Of a DNA stretch of 64,000 nucleotides, positions 48,654 to 58,092 are shown in pieces. Position 1 is the stretch's first letter. Every line of letters begins with the position of its first letter. The stretch covers positions 32,577 through 96,576 of the forward strand of contig JAGLIM010000006.1 of the NCBI GenBank assembly GCA_023142995.1, given 5' to 3'. This DNA is from Minisyncoccota bacterium (GTDB lineage: Bacteria; Patescibacteriota; Minisyncoccia; JAHIHE01; JAGLIN01). A program made the translations under genes and the position numbers. Below the pieces are notes generated by a model, which did not search any database, was not told the DNA's origin, and saw nothing but the letters and a program-made list of their open reading frames with translations.

Positions 48654-48664
48654 TCATATTTTCT

Positions 48665-49762
48665 ATGAGATTAAAAGGTGTAGATAAAACTCTTCTGATC
48701 ACAGTCATTGCTTTGTCTGTTTTTGGTTTAATAGTAATATCAAGCGCTAGTGTTGTTATGAGTTATAATAATTTTGGTTATAACCACTATTATTTATCTC
48801 ATCAATTCTTGTATGGTTTTTTGCCAGGTATTTTATTATTATTTCTTGTTCAAAAAATTGATTACAGAATATTAAAGAAATATGCTTTTTTATTTTTAAT
48901 AATAACTCTATTATTATTGGTAATAGTTTTTATTCCAGGACTTGGTTATGGTCTAAAAGGTGCAGACAGGTGGATAGTTATTGCTGGAATAAGTATTCAG
49001 CCATCAGAGTTTATAAAATTGATTTTTATATTATATCTTGCGGCATGGCTTGAAAAAAGGAAAAAAGATAAACAAAACTTTTCAAAATCGTTGATTCCTT
49101 TTGTTGTTATAATCTTAGTTATATCATTTCCTTTAATAATGCAGCCAGACATAGGAACATTAAGTATTATCATACTTACTGCTGTGATAATGTATTTTAT
49201 GTCTGGAATGAAAATTAGTCATATTTTTATTCTTGCTAGTGGCGGAATTATGGGATTATTATTGTTGATTAAAATTGCGCCATATAGAATGAATAGATTT
49301 ATGGTATTTTTACATCCAGAATTAGATCCTCAGGGAATTGGATATCAAATCAATCAAGCATTACTAGCCATTGGTTCTGGCGGGTTCTTTGGACTTGGCT
49401 TTGGCAGAAGTAGGCAAAAGTTCAATTATCTTCCAGAATCTATTGGTGATTCAATTTTTGCAATAACTGGAGAAGAGTTGGGTTTTATCGGATTATTCGT
49501 TCTTTTGACATTGTTTTTGATATTTGCTTTGAGAGGGTATAAAATAGCGAGTAAAGCGCCAGATGATTTTGGAAAATTAGTTGCAGTGGGAATTACCTCA
49601 TGGATTATTTTTCAGGCATTTATGAATATAGCTGCTATTACCTCATTGATTCCTCTGACTGGTATTCCTTTGCCTTTTATCAGCTATGGTGGATCAGCTT
49701 TGATCACATCTTTGATTGGGTGTGGAATTTTACTTAGTATCTCAAAATATAGTAGAAATTAG
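48665..49762 (+). CDS. ftsW: SEDS protein FtsW
   Basis: GADRWI, QPSEFIK, QPDIG, GYQ..Q..AIGSGG, LPE..D.IF, TGIPLPFISYGGS. Confidence 0.93.
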   Translation: MRLKGVDKTLLITVIALSVFGLIVISSASVVMSYNNFGYNHYYLSHQFLYGFLPGILLLFLVQKIDYRILKKYAFLFLIITLLLLVIVFIPGLGYGLKGADRWIVIAGISIQPSEFIKLIFILYLAAWLEKRKKDKQNFSKSLIPFVVIILVISFPLIMQPDIGTLSIIILTAVIMYFMSGMKISHIFILASGGIMGLLLLIKIAPYRMNRFMVFLHPELDPQGIGYQINQALLAIGSGGFFGLGFGRSRQKFNYLPESIGDSIFAITGEELGFIGLFVLLTLFLIFALRGYKIASKAPDDFGKLVAVGITSWIIFQAFMNIAAITSLIPLTGIPLPFISYGGSALITSLIGCGILLSISKYSRN

Positions 49763-49901
49763 ATATTTGGATATTAAAGTAATGATTTATTGTCCTCTTC
49801 TTTTTTCATCTTAAAAATGGTAAAATTACATTGTTATATTGCTGTATTATTTGTAGTATAGTTAACAATTTAACAATTTAACAATTTAACAATATAATTA
49901 T

Positions 49902-51014
49902 ATGAGAATATTATTCGTAGGTAGGCCTTTAAAGGGGCATTTATATCCAATAATTGCGATATATGAGGAATTTAAAAAGACAATGGATTTCTCAGATTTT
50001 GAGTCTTCTGAATTTAAATTAATAACTGCAAAAAATGATTTTGTAAAAGATGTTTTGGAGGGAATCAATATCTCGTGTAGTTTTATATTTTCTGCAAAAG
50101 AAAGAGATTCGTTTTCTCCATTAATCATATTGGATATTTTAAAATCTATCATTGGGTTTATACAGTCTATATTTCTTGTTTTCAATTATATGCCAGATGT
50201 AATATTTTCGAAAGGTAGTGTTGTATCATTGCCAGTTGTGTTAGTTAGTTGGATATTTAGAATTCCAATTGTTATTCATGAATCAGATGCTATTGCTAGT
50301 CCAATTGATAAGTTTATGTTTAGGTTTGCAAAGAAGGTAGCTGTATCATTTCCAAATAATAAAGATATTTATGTATCTAAAAAAGTGTTCTTTTCTGGGA
50401 ATCCAGTTAGAAATTTTATTATTCAAGCAGATAAAGAAAAAGCAAAACAAAGTTTTGTATTACATAATGAAAAACCAGTATTATTTATTATGGCTGGTAC
50501 TGCAGGAGCAGAAGTTATAAATAAGTTATTAATTGAGATACTTCCTGATCTGTTAAAAGATTATCAAATAATTCATCAATGTGGAATGGTAAATTATAAT
50601 TATGTAAGAGGGATTGTCCAGAAGATGAATGTACCAGAATTAAATGACTATCATTTATTTCCATATTTCAGAGAAAGAGCTGCTGATGCGTATAATGCCT
50701 GTGATCTAGTAATCAGTAGAGCTGGAGCAAACACAGTTTCTGAGATTATGACAATGGGTAAGGCTAGTGTTCTAATACCTCTTTCTATGGGAAGCAGTGA
50801 TAAACAACGAAAAAATGCTTATCACTATTCTCAATCTGGAGCAGCAATTTTAGTTAGTGAAAAGAATTTGAAACCGCATTTGTTATTAAATGTAATTAAT
50901 GATCTATTTAAGAATCATTTAAAAATTATTGAAATGGAGCGAGCTTCAAGGAAATTGTCGTATAATGATGCAGGAAAAATAATTACAGAAGCAATTAAAA
51001 AAATAGTAGATTAA
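49902..51014 (+). CDS. murG: MurG-like glycosyltransferase with degenerate glycine loops
   Basis: Position between ftsW and murC; GH.YP, IHESD, GNPVR, ISRAGANTVSE, Q..NA. Confidence 0.85.
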   Translation: MRILFVGRPLKGHLYPIIAIYEEFKKTMDFSDFESSEFKLITAKNDFVKDVLEGINISCSFIFSAKERDSFSPLIILDILKSIIGFIQSIFLVFNYMPDVIFSKGSVVSLPVVLVSWIFRIPIVIHESDAIASPIDKFMFRFAKKVAVSFPNNKDIYVSKKVFFSGNPVRNFIIQADKEKAKQSFVLHNEKPVLFIMAGTAGAEVINKLLIEILPDLLKDYQIIHQCGMVNYNYVRGIVQKMNVPELNDYHLFPYFRERAADAYNACDLVISRAGANTVSEIMTMGKASVLIPLSMGSSDKQRKNAYHYSQSGAAILVSEKNLKPHLLLNVINDLFKNHLKIIEMERASRKLSYNDAGKIITEAIKKIVD

Positions 51015-51029
51015 AAATTGTTGATTTTT

Positions 51030-52457
51030 ATGAAAATTGATTTTAAAAAAATAAATAAAATATATTTTATAGGAATTGGTGGTATCGGACTTAGCGCTAT
51101 CGCCAAATTTATGAAATTAGATCAAAAGCAAGTTAGTGGTTCAGATTTGAATCATTCTTTAATCATTGATAATTTGAAAAAAGATAAAATAAAAGTTTAT
51201 ATCGGACATTCGAAAGATAACATAACTAATGATATTGAACTGGTTATTCACACAACAGCAATCTCAAAAGATAATCCAGAATTAAAAAGGGCAAAAGAGC
51301 TAAATATAAAAACTATTACATACCCAGAGTCTTTAGGGCTCATTTTTAATAATAAGTTTGGTATAGCTGTGTGTGGTACACATGGTAAGTCTTCAACATC
51401 AGCATTGGCTGGCTTTTTGTTAGACGATGCAAAATTTGATCCTTCTATTGTTGTGGGAAGTATCTTGCCGAGATATAAAAGCAATTTGCGTATTGGCAAG
51501 AGCAAATATTTTGTTGTTGAAGCGTGCGAGTATGAAAGGTCATTTCTAAATTTATATCCCAAAATCATTATTTTAAATAATATTGAACTTGATCACACAG
51601 ATTATTATAAAGACATAGAGGATATGAGAAGCGCGTTTGAGGAATTTGTGGGGCATTTGCCCAAGGACGGGATTTTGATTTGTAATGGAGATGATGAAGA
51701 AATTATAAATCTAAAATTACAAATTCTAAATAAATTCAAAATTCAAAATTCAAAATTCAAAATTCTATCCTTTGGCTTAGATAAGAATAATGACGTGCGA
51801 GGTTGTGATGTTAGATTTGAAAGTGGAATGGCTAAATTTAAGGTACTTTATAATGAGAAAGATTTGGGGGAGTTTGTTTTGAAGGTGCCTGGTCTTTTTA
51901 ATATTTATAATGCTTTAGGCGTGATTACTTTAGGACTGATATTGGAAATTCCGATTGAAACAATAAAAAAATCCTTAATGAATTATTCGGGGATTTGGCG
52001 GAGGTTTGAAATAAAAGGGAAATATAAAAATGCTTTAGTTATTTCTGATTATGCGCATCATCCAACTGCAGTAAAAGCAACAATAGAAGCGACAAGGAAG
52101 TTTTATCCAAATAAAAGGATACTTGCTGTTTTTCAGCCACATCAGCACAATCGAACGAAAAAGTTATATAAAGATTTTTTAAACAGTTTTAACGATGCGG
52201 ATATTGTGATTTTGTCTGAAATATTTGACGTGAAAGGGAGGGAAGAAAGCGATGACCAAAATGTTAGTTCATTAAATCTAGTGGACGATATAAGAAAAAA
52301 TTGGGAAATTGAGAAATTAGATATTAATTCTATTTTTTATTCTAGGAATTTAGAAGAAACGAGAAAGATGATTGATAAGTATATTGAACCTAATGATATT
52401 CTATTGATCATGGGGGCGGGGGATATTTATAAAGTAGCAGATGACTTGATTAAATAA
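51030..52457 (+). CDS. murC: UDP-N-acetylmuramate--L-alanine ligase
   Basis: FIGIGGIGLS, GTHGKSST, EACEY, DH.DYY, RRFE, DYAHHP, FQPH, MGAG. Confidence 0.95.
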   Translation: MKIDFKKINKIYFIGIGGIGLSAIAKFMKLDQKQVSGSDLNHSLIIDNLKKDKIKVYIGHSKDNITNDIELVIHTTAISKDNPELKRAKELNIKTITYPESLGLIFNNKFGIAVCGTHGKSSTSALAGFLLDDAKFDPSIVVGSILPRYKSNLRIGKSKYFVVEACEYERSFLNLYPKIIILNNIELDHTDYYKDIEDMRSAFEEFVGHLPKDGILICNGDDEEIINLKLQILNKFKIQNSKFKILSFGLDKNNDVRGCDVRFESGMAKFKVLYNEKDLGEFVLKVPGLFNIYNALGVITLGLILEIPIETIKKSLMNYSGIWRRFEIKGKYKNALVISDYAHHPTAVKATIEATRKFYPNKRILAVFQPHQHNRTKKLYKDFLNSFNDADIVILSEIFDVKGREESDDQNVSSLNLVDDIRKNWEIEKLDINSIFYSRNLEETRKMIDKYIEPNDILLIMGAGDIYKVADDLIK

Positions 52458-52663
52458 GAGGTTATTGATTTGTCATTATGATTTAAAATTGTTAAGTATG
52501 GTTTTGTAATGACTAAAAAATTTATCAAAAAAAGTGTGGTCGATTTGATAAATTTTTTAGGTTTTTAATATTTTTATTTAATTTTTAAATTATTTTTGCG
52601 TATATTTTTTTGATGTTAAAATCAAAATTATTTAAAAGCGTAAAAATTAAAAAGGAGGACAAG

Positions 52664-53806
52664 ATGCATAAACAACAAATCAAAAAAATTGCGGGATTAT
52701 TTTCAATAATTTTTGCATGTTCGGTGTTTAGTTTTAGTGTTACTCAAATAGTTAGCGCTTCCGAACAGATAGAGAAAATTAATGTTTCTTATGATAATGA
52801 GTTAAATTCTAGAACCCCAGATATAGTAAAAGACGCTTCTGTGTATATTAGCATTGGCAGAAGAATAACTTATGGAGATGAGTCAATGCGCTATATCGGA
52901 AAACTTGATGTTTCGTCATTAAACAGTACGGAAATGGAGACAGCTGTTTTGACTATGGACAGAGTAAGCACAAGTTGGGACGGCAACGGAGATTATTCAC
53001 TTTATAAAGTTAATGAAAGTTGGGATTCATCAACCGTTACTTGGAATAATCAACCAGCAATAAATATAGTTGAAATTACTAGGGGAGTAGTCGGTAGTTA
53101 TGGAATTATGGAATTTAATATTTCTAATTTAGCGAAAGAATGGGCTAATGACCCAGAATCTAACAATGGTTTTTTAATAATGAAAAGCGAGGAGTCAAGT
53201 ATTCCTAGTAATGAATATGGGTTATTTGCTTCTTCTAATTATCCTGAAGCAGGATGTGAAACAATACCATATTTATCAATTACTTATATAAATGAAGATC
53301 CAGCTATTGCTATAATCTCTCCAAATGGTGGAGAAGTATGGGAAAACGGAAAAACTTATACGATAACGTGGGAGCAAGAAAATGTTGATAAGCTCACGAT
53401 TTTTTTACAGCGTGGTTCTACTGGTTATCCTGTGGTGTATAATCATCTTGTTGATATTAACGCTGAATTTGGAAGTTATGATTATACTGTTCCTGAGAAT
53501 GTTCCCGAAGCTGAAAATTACAAAATTTGGATAATTGCCTATAAGACAGGATTCGGACAAGCGCAAGATTACAGTGATAATTATTTTAACATTAGAGAAG
53601 AAACTCTTTTTCCCGAAATTAATGGAGATTTAGATCATGACGGTGATGTTGATTATGACGATTTTATGGTTTTTTATGGCGCGTGGGGTTCGTGTGAAGG
53701 GGATCCAAGATTTAATCCAGAAGCTGATTTTTATCAAGACGGATATATAAATTTTATTGATTATCAGTATTTTATTGTTTATTATAGAGAATTCAATGGA
53801 CTCTAA
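52664..53806 (+). CDS. Secreted DNRLRE-like domain + Ig-like domain + dockerin-like C-terminus
   Basis: GGAGG SD before MHKQ; WDSSTVTWNNQP..NNGFLI..PYLSITY; SPNGGEVW; GDLDHDGDVDYDDF..ADFYQDGYINFIDY. Confidence 0.8.
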   Translation: MHKQQIKKIAGLFSIIFACSVFSFSVTQIVSASEQIEKINVSYDNELNSRTPDIVKDASVYISIGRRITYGDESMRYIGKLDVSSLNSTEMETAVLTMDRVSTSWDGNGDYSLYKVNESWDSSTVTWNNQPAINIVEITRGVVGSYGIMEFNISNLAKEWANDPESNNGFLIMKSEESSIPSNEYGLFASSNYPEAGCETIPYLSITYINEDPAIAIISPNGGEVWENGKTYTITWEQENVDKLTIFLQRGSTGYPVVYNHLVDINAEFGSYDYTVPENVPEAENYKIWIIAYKTGFGQAQDYSDNYFNIREETLFPEINGDLDHDGDVDYDDFMVFYGAWGSCEGDPRFNPEADFYQDGYINFIDYQYFIVYYREFNGL

Positions 53807-54073
53807 AACACTAACAACGATTATTCAATAAAAGCGGTGGAATAAAAAAAGATGATGTATGAAGATCATACATCGTTTGTTGGTTAACTTATTTTTCTAT
53901 GTTAAAGCTTTTTTTAATCATTTCCTGATAAATATATATCAAGGGCTGATAAATTCTTCTCGTCTCCTCTATATTCATCTAAAAGCTTTTGGATTATATC
54001 TGGTTTTTCGGTTTCGTCCATCTTGTTTATCTCCTAATTTTAGAATACTATGTTTATAATATAAGTCAATAAT

Positions 54074-55129
54074 ATGCCAATCAAAATTCAGGAAAATATT
54101 TCACTTTCAAAATACACTTCATTTAAGATCGGTGGTCCAGCGAGGTATTTTTGTGTGGTAAAAGATATTGATGAAATAAAAGAAGCATTAGAATTTACGG
54201 GGAAGAAAAAATTGAAAGTTTTTGTTTTAGGAGGCGGTAGTAATTTATTAATAGCAGATAAAGGGTTCGATGGACTAGTGATACGAATTCAAAATTCAAA
54301 ATTCAAAATTCAAAATTCTAATATTATTTGCGGAAGTGGACTATCTTTAGCTAAATTAGTATTTGAATTAGCAGAAGCTGACCTAACGGATATTGAATGG
54401 GCAGCGGGTATTCCAGGAACTGTTGGTGGGGCGATTGCGAATAATGCGGGGGCTTTTGGAAAATGTATGGAGGATGTTGTAAAAGAAGTTGAAGTTTTAG
54501 AGATTAATCGCTGGCTCCATAGTCCCGATAGGGCTGTGGAGCCTATTGCACAAAAAGGTTCCACATCAACACATCTCTTACCCTCTTCCTCCCAAGGCGG
54601 ACAAGCAAGAGGGGAATTATCACAATGGAACCAGCGTATGTTTACTAACAAACAATGCCAATTTTCTTATCGCAATAGCATTTTCAAAAAAGAAAAAAAG
54701 TATATTATCTTGGACGCTGTTTTGAAATTAGAAAAAGGGGATCAAGAAAAAAACAAAAAAACAATTGCAGAAATTCTAGAATCAAGAAGAGAAAAACAGC
54801 CGTTAGAGCATCCCAGTGCGGGGAGCGTGTTTAAAAATCCAGTTGTTGATGGTGCTCATTTAGAAAAATTAAAAAAAGAATTTCCAGAGTTAAATGAAAT
54901 CGTTAAAAATAATACTATTTCTGCTGGTTGGATGATCGAACAAATTGAAGGATTAAAGGGGAAAAAGATCGGTGGCGCAATGGTTTCAGAAAAGCATTGT
55001 AATTTTATTGTTAATGTAGAAAATGCTAAAGCAGAAGATGTGATCATACTTATCAGTCTGATCAAACAAAAAATCAGAAGCCATTTCGGGATTCAATTAA
55101 AAGAAGAAATTGAATATATTGGATTTTAG
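54074..55129 (+). CDS. murB: UDP-N-acetylenolpyruvoylglucosamine reductase
   Basis: TSFKIGG, LGGGSNLL, GIPGTVGGA..NAGAFG, FSYRNS.F, SAGSVFKNP, KHCNFIVN. Confidence 0.95.
   Translation: MPIKIQENISLSKYTSFKIGGPARYFCVVKDIDEIKEALEFTGKKKLKVFVLGGGSNLLIADKGFDGLVIRIQNSKFKIQNSNIICGSGLSLAKLVFELAEADLTDIEWAAGIPGTVGGAIANNAGAFGKCMEDVVKEVEVLEINRWLHSPDRAVEPIAQKGSTSTHLLPSSSQGGQARGELSQWNQRMFTNKQCQFSYRNSIFKKEKKYIILDAVLKLEKGDQEKNKKTIAEILESRREKQPLEHPSAGSVFKNPVVDGAHLEKLKKEFPELNEIVKNNTISAGWMIEQIEGLKGKKIGGAMVSEKHCNFIVNVENAKAEDVIILISLIKQKIRSHFGIQLKEEIEYIGF
54509..54636. repeat. 128-bp composite palindromic element in frame inside murB
   Basis: 110-bp sibling at 55930-56039; both encode WLHSPDRAVEPIAQKGST. Confidence 0.9.
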
Positions 55130-55332
55130 ATCATTTTAACATATAAACATATTAACATTTAAACAAGAACTTCTGTTTAGTTTTTTGAAATATGATAATT
55201 AAATTATGTTTAAATGTTAATCGGGTGTTCTATCTAGTATTTTTAGAAACACCTTCTTTTTTTATCTTAAAAATGGTAAGATAAAATTAATAACACACCC
55301 CAACCCCTCTCAAGAGGGGAATAATTTATTTT

Positions 55333-56634
55333 ATGCTTGGAATTTTTGAAAAATATTATAATTTATATTCTTGGTTTCCAAGAATGGAAAAAACCACCTT
55401 TGATGTTTCATTGGTGCATTTTTTATTGATGTTTGGATATAAACTCTTTTCGTTATATTATCCACTTTTTTTAATTTCAATTGGATTTTCAATTCTAAAT
55501 ATAGGAAGTATATATCTGCTTACATATTCTGTGATCGCTATTTCTTCTGTGATCATAAATTTCTATATTCATAGATTTAATCCTTCAAAAATCGCGGCGC
55601 TTGGGATCTTCGGATATGGAATTTTCGCGCTATTGATGATTATAAGTCATAATTTAATGGTTTTTTATATTGCTCAGATAATTCTTGGTTTTTCTGCGGC
55701 GGCGTGGCTGGTATCTTTGAAATTGATTTTAATGAAAGCTAAAACTCAAAGCAAAAATCGCAGTTTCGGGTGGTTTTATTCAATGCCTCATTATGCGGCA
55801 GCGGTTGCTCCAGCTATTGGCGGATTGATTATTTGGAAGTTTGGTTTCATAGGAGTTTTTACTTTAAGTGTTTTAATTCAGTTTGCTAATGCGTTTTATG
55901 CTTATAAAAAGTTGAATGGAAAATCCCATTGTTGGCTCCATAGTCCCGATAGGGCTGTGGAGCCTATTGCGCAAAAAGGCTCCACATTAACACACCCCTT
56001 ACCTCTCTCAAGAGGGGACTCGCCACAATGGAGCCAACGCATCAGAAAAAACTACAGCGAGATTCTAAAGATCATAAGATCAGATAAAGCTTTTATTTCA
56101 ATTTTGATCTCTCTGTTTTTTGTTTTAATTCTTGGAGGAATTTATAGGGCATTTTTTATTTTGTTCTTAAAAGATATGTCTTTTTCTCAAGAGGAGATAA
56201 TCAAATTTATCATTTTAGCTTCAGTTGCTTATTTTCCTCTTTCGGTATTAGTTATAAAAATAATTGAGAAATTAAAAAGTAGAAAAATTATTAGTGGAGG
56301 AATATTAGTTGAAGGAACGGCAACAATTGTTTTTGGAATTTTTGCAAATATAATGAACCTATTCGGATTATTTATGATTATGATAATTGATTCTCTTGGA
56401 GCATTGGCGCTTGGAAGCGGGAAAAGCGCTTTGCTTTCCAAGAAATTGAAAAATTATAAAGAGGAAGCATCAACAATAGATACTGTTTTAACGACTCTTG
56501 GTCCAGCGATTGGTGCTTTTGTTGGAGGCATTGCGATCTCATATATTGGGTTTGGGAATACATTTTTGTTTGCGGGAATAATTGTGTTTGTAATGGGGAT
56601 TGCTTCTTATTCTTTTAAGCTGAACGGTCATTGA
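55333..56634 (+). CDS. MFS transporter
   Basis: About 12 TM helices in two halves; AVAPAIGG, LGPAIG. Confidence 0.85.
   Translation: MLGIFEKYYNLYSWFPRMEKTTFDVSLVHFLLMFGYKLFSLYYPLFLISIGFSILNIGSIYLLTYSVIAISSVIINFYIHRFNPSKIAALGIFGYGIFALLMIISHNLMVFYIAQIILGFSAAAWLVSLKLILMKAKTQSKNRSFGWFYSMPHYAAAVAPAIGGLIIWKFGFIGVFTLSVLIQFANAFYAYKKLNGKSHCWLHSPDRAVEPIAQKGSTLTHPLPLSRGDSPQWSQRIRKNYSEILKIIRSDKAFISILISLFFVLILGGIYRAFFILFLKDMSFSQEEIIKFIILASVAYFPLSVLVIKIIEKLKSRKIISGGILVEGTATIVFGIFANIMNLFGLFMIMIIDSLGALALGSGKSALLSKKLKNYKEEASTIDTVLTTLGPAIGAFVGGIAISYIGFGNTFLFAGIIVFVMGIASYSFKLNGH
55930..56039. repeat. 110-bp composite palindromic element in frame in the MFS central loop
   Basis: Matches 54509-54636. Confidence 0.9.
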
Positions 56635-56869
56635 CGCATATTTGTTATCATGCTATTTTAAATTTAGATAATAGATTATATGAGAACTATGCAAAACTAT
56701 AAACAACAATATACAATAGAAGCTATGGAAATGATGATGGAATTACTGCATTAGTAGTTTGTTTTTAGTTTGTTTGCAAAGTAAATTAAGAAGAAACTGC
56801 TAAAGGCAGTTTTTTGTTTTGTGAATTTTATAAAAATAAAAATTATTAAGATCAAAGAGGTGGTTTATA

Positions 56870-57499
56870 ATGACGGAATCAGAAGCAAGATCGTTTTTGT
56901 TTTCTCCAAAAAGAAAAGAGAAATTAACAAAAACTGAGGAGAGTTTAGCACATTCCTGTGAAGCTTATATCTCTACGCAGTTTAATATAACTGTGTGTGA
57001 GATGGAAAGAAATCTTTCTTTATGCACAGAAGAGAGAAAACAGTTGGATAAAAAGTTATTTACTGCGAAACAAGATTTACAGCAAGCTTGGGAACATTCT
57101 GAAGAGTGCTTAGGACTTAGTCGTTTTAAGTGGTCTGAGCAACTTAGAAGAACTGTACGCAAGACGGATAGAGAAATTTCTTTATGCATTAAAGAACTCA
57201 GGCAAATCCAGAATCTATATTTGGAAAAAATATTTGAAATTCAAATGATTAAAAAGGAGTTGAGATCATTTGAGTCTTCAAGAAGAGGAATATCTGGTAA
57301 GCTTGAAAATGACATTAAGGAACTTTTGTTTGCACAAGAAATTTATGATATTCAAGTTTCAGATGGTGTGCTCAAGGTAATGATAGATATATTAAAAAGT
57401 GGGAGAAAGATTACTAGCGGTGCCAATATTTGTCATGGAGATTGCGTGAAATGTCAAAATAAAAACTGTCTAAAAATAGATAGTATAAAAACAGATTGA
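56870..57499 (+). CDS. Orphan coiled-coil protein with Cys-rich C-terminus
   Basis: GAGGTGG SD; CHGDCVKCQNKNC; terminator at 57498-57527. Confidence 0.65.
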   Translation: MTESEARSFLFSPKRKEKLTKTEESLAHSCEAYISTQFNITVCEMERNLSLCTEERKQLDKKLFTAKQDLQQAWEHSEECLGLSRFKWSEQLRRTVRKTDREISLCIKELRQIQNLYLEKIFEIQMIKKELRSFESSRRGISGKLENDIKELLFAQEIYDIQVSDGVLKVMIDILKSGRKITSGANICHGDCVKCQNKNCLKIDSIKTD

Positions 57500-57630
57500 G
57501 AGATGTAATAAATCTCTCTCTTTTTTTATTCTAAAATTCTAATTTTGTTAATATGATTATATGATATTTCTCTTGATAAATACAAAATCTATGCTATTAT
57601 GAATTGTAGTTAAATAATAACAAAAACAAA

Positions 57631-58053
57631 ATGAATATTATTATAAAAGGTACAAATCTAGAGTTACACGAGGATTTAAAGGCTTATGCTAATGAAAAGA
57701 TCGGTGGATTGAAAAAATTCATTGAAAATGATAACATTAACGAAAATAGTATTATAGCAAGAGTTGAGCTTGCGAAAACCACACAACATCATCAACAAGG
57801 AGATATATATAAAGCGGAAGTTAATTTGCAATTTCCAGGAAAAATGATCAGGAGTGTTGATGAAAGTGATGATATTTACAAATCAATTGATAAAGTAAAA
57901 GACGAGCTTAGGGGAATGATAACGAGCTATAAAGATGAAAAAATGACAAAGACAAGAAGAGGAGCAAGAATGATAAAAAGATTAAAAGGAATTTCTCCGC
58001 TTGCTTGGGCAAAAGGGGAATTTAGGAAATTTGGTCTCAGAAAAAAGAGATAA
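57631..58053 (+). CDS. hpf: Ribosome hibernation promoting factor (HPF/RaiA)
   Basis: MNIIIKGTNLEL, AEVNL, DDIYKSID. Confidence 0.88.
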   Translation: MNIIIKGTNLELHEDLKAYANEKIGGLKKFIENDNINENSIIARVELAKTTQHHQQGDIYKAEVNLQFPGKMIRSVDESDDIYKSIDKVKDELRGMITSYKDEKMTKTRRGARMIKRLKGISPLAWAKGEFRKFGLRKKR

Positions 58054-58092
58054 AAATGATGTTTTTATAATAGTTATCTTGTAGGAATTTTT

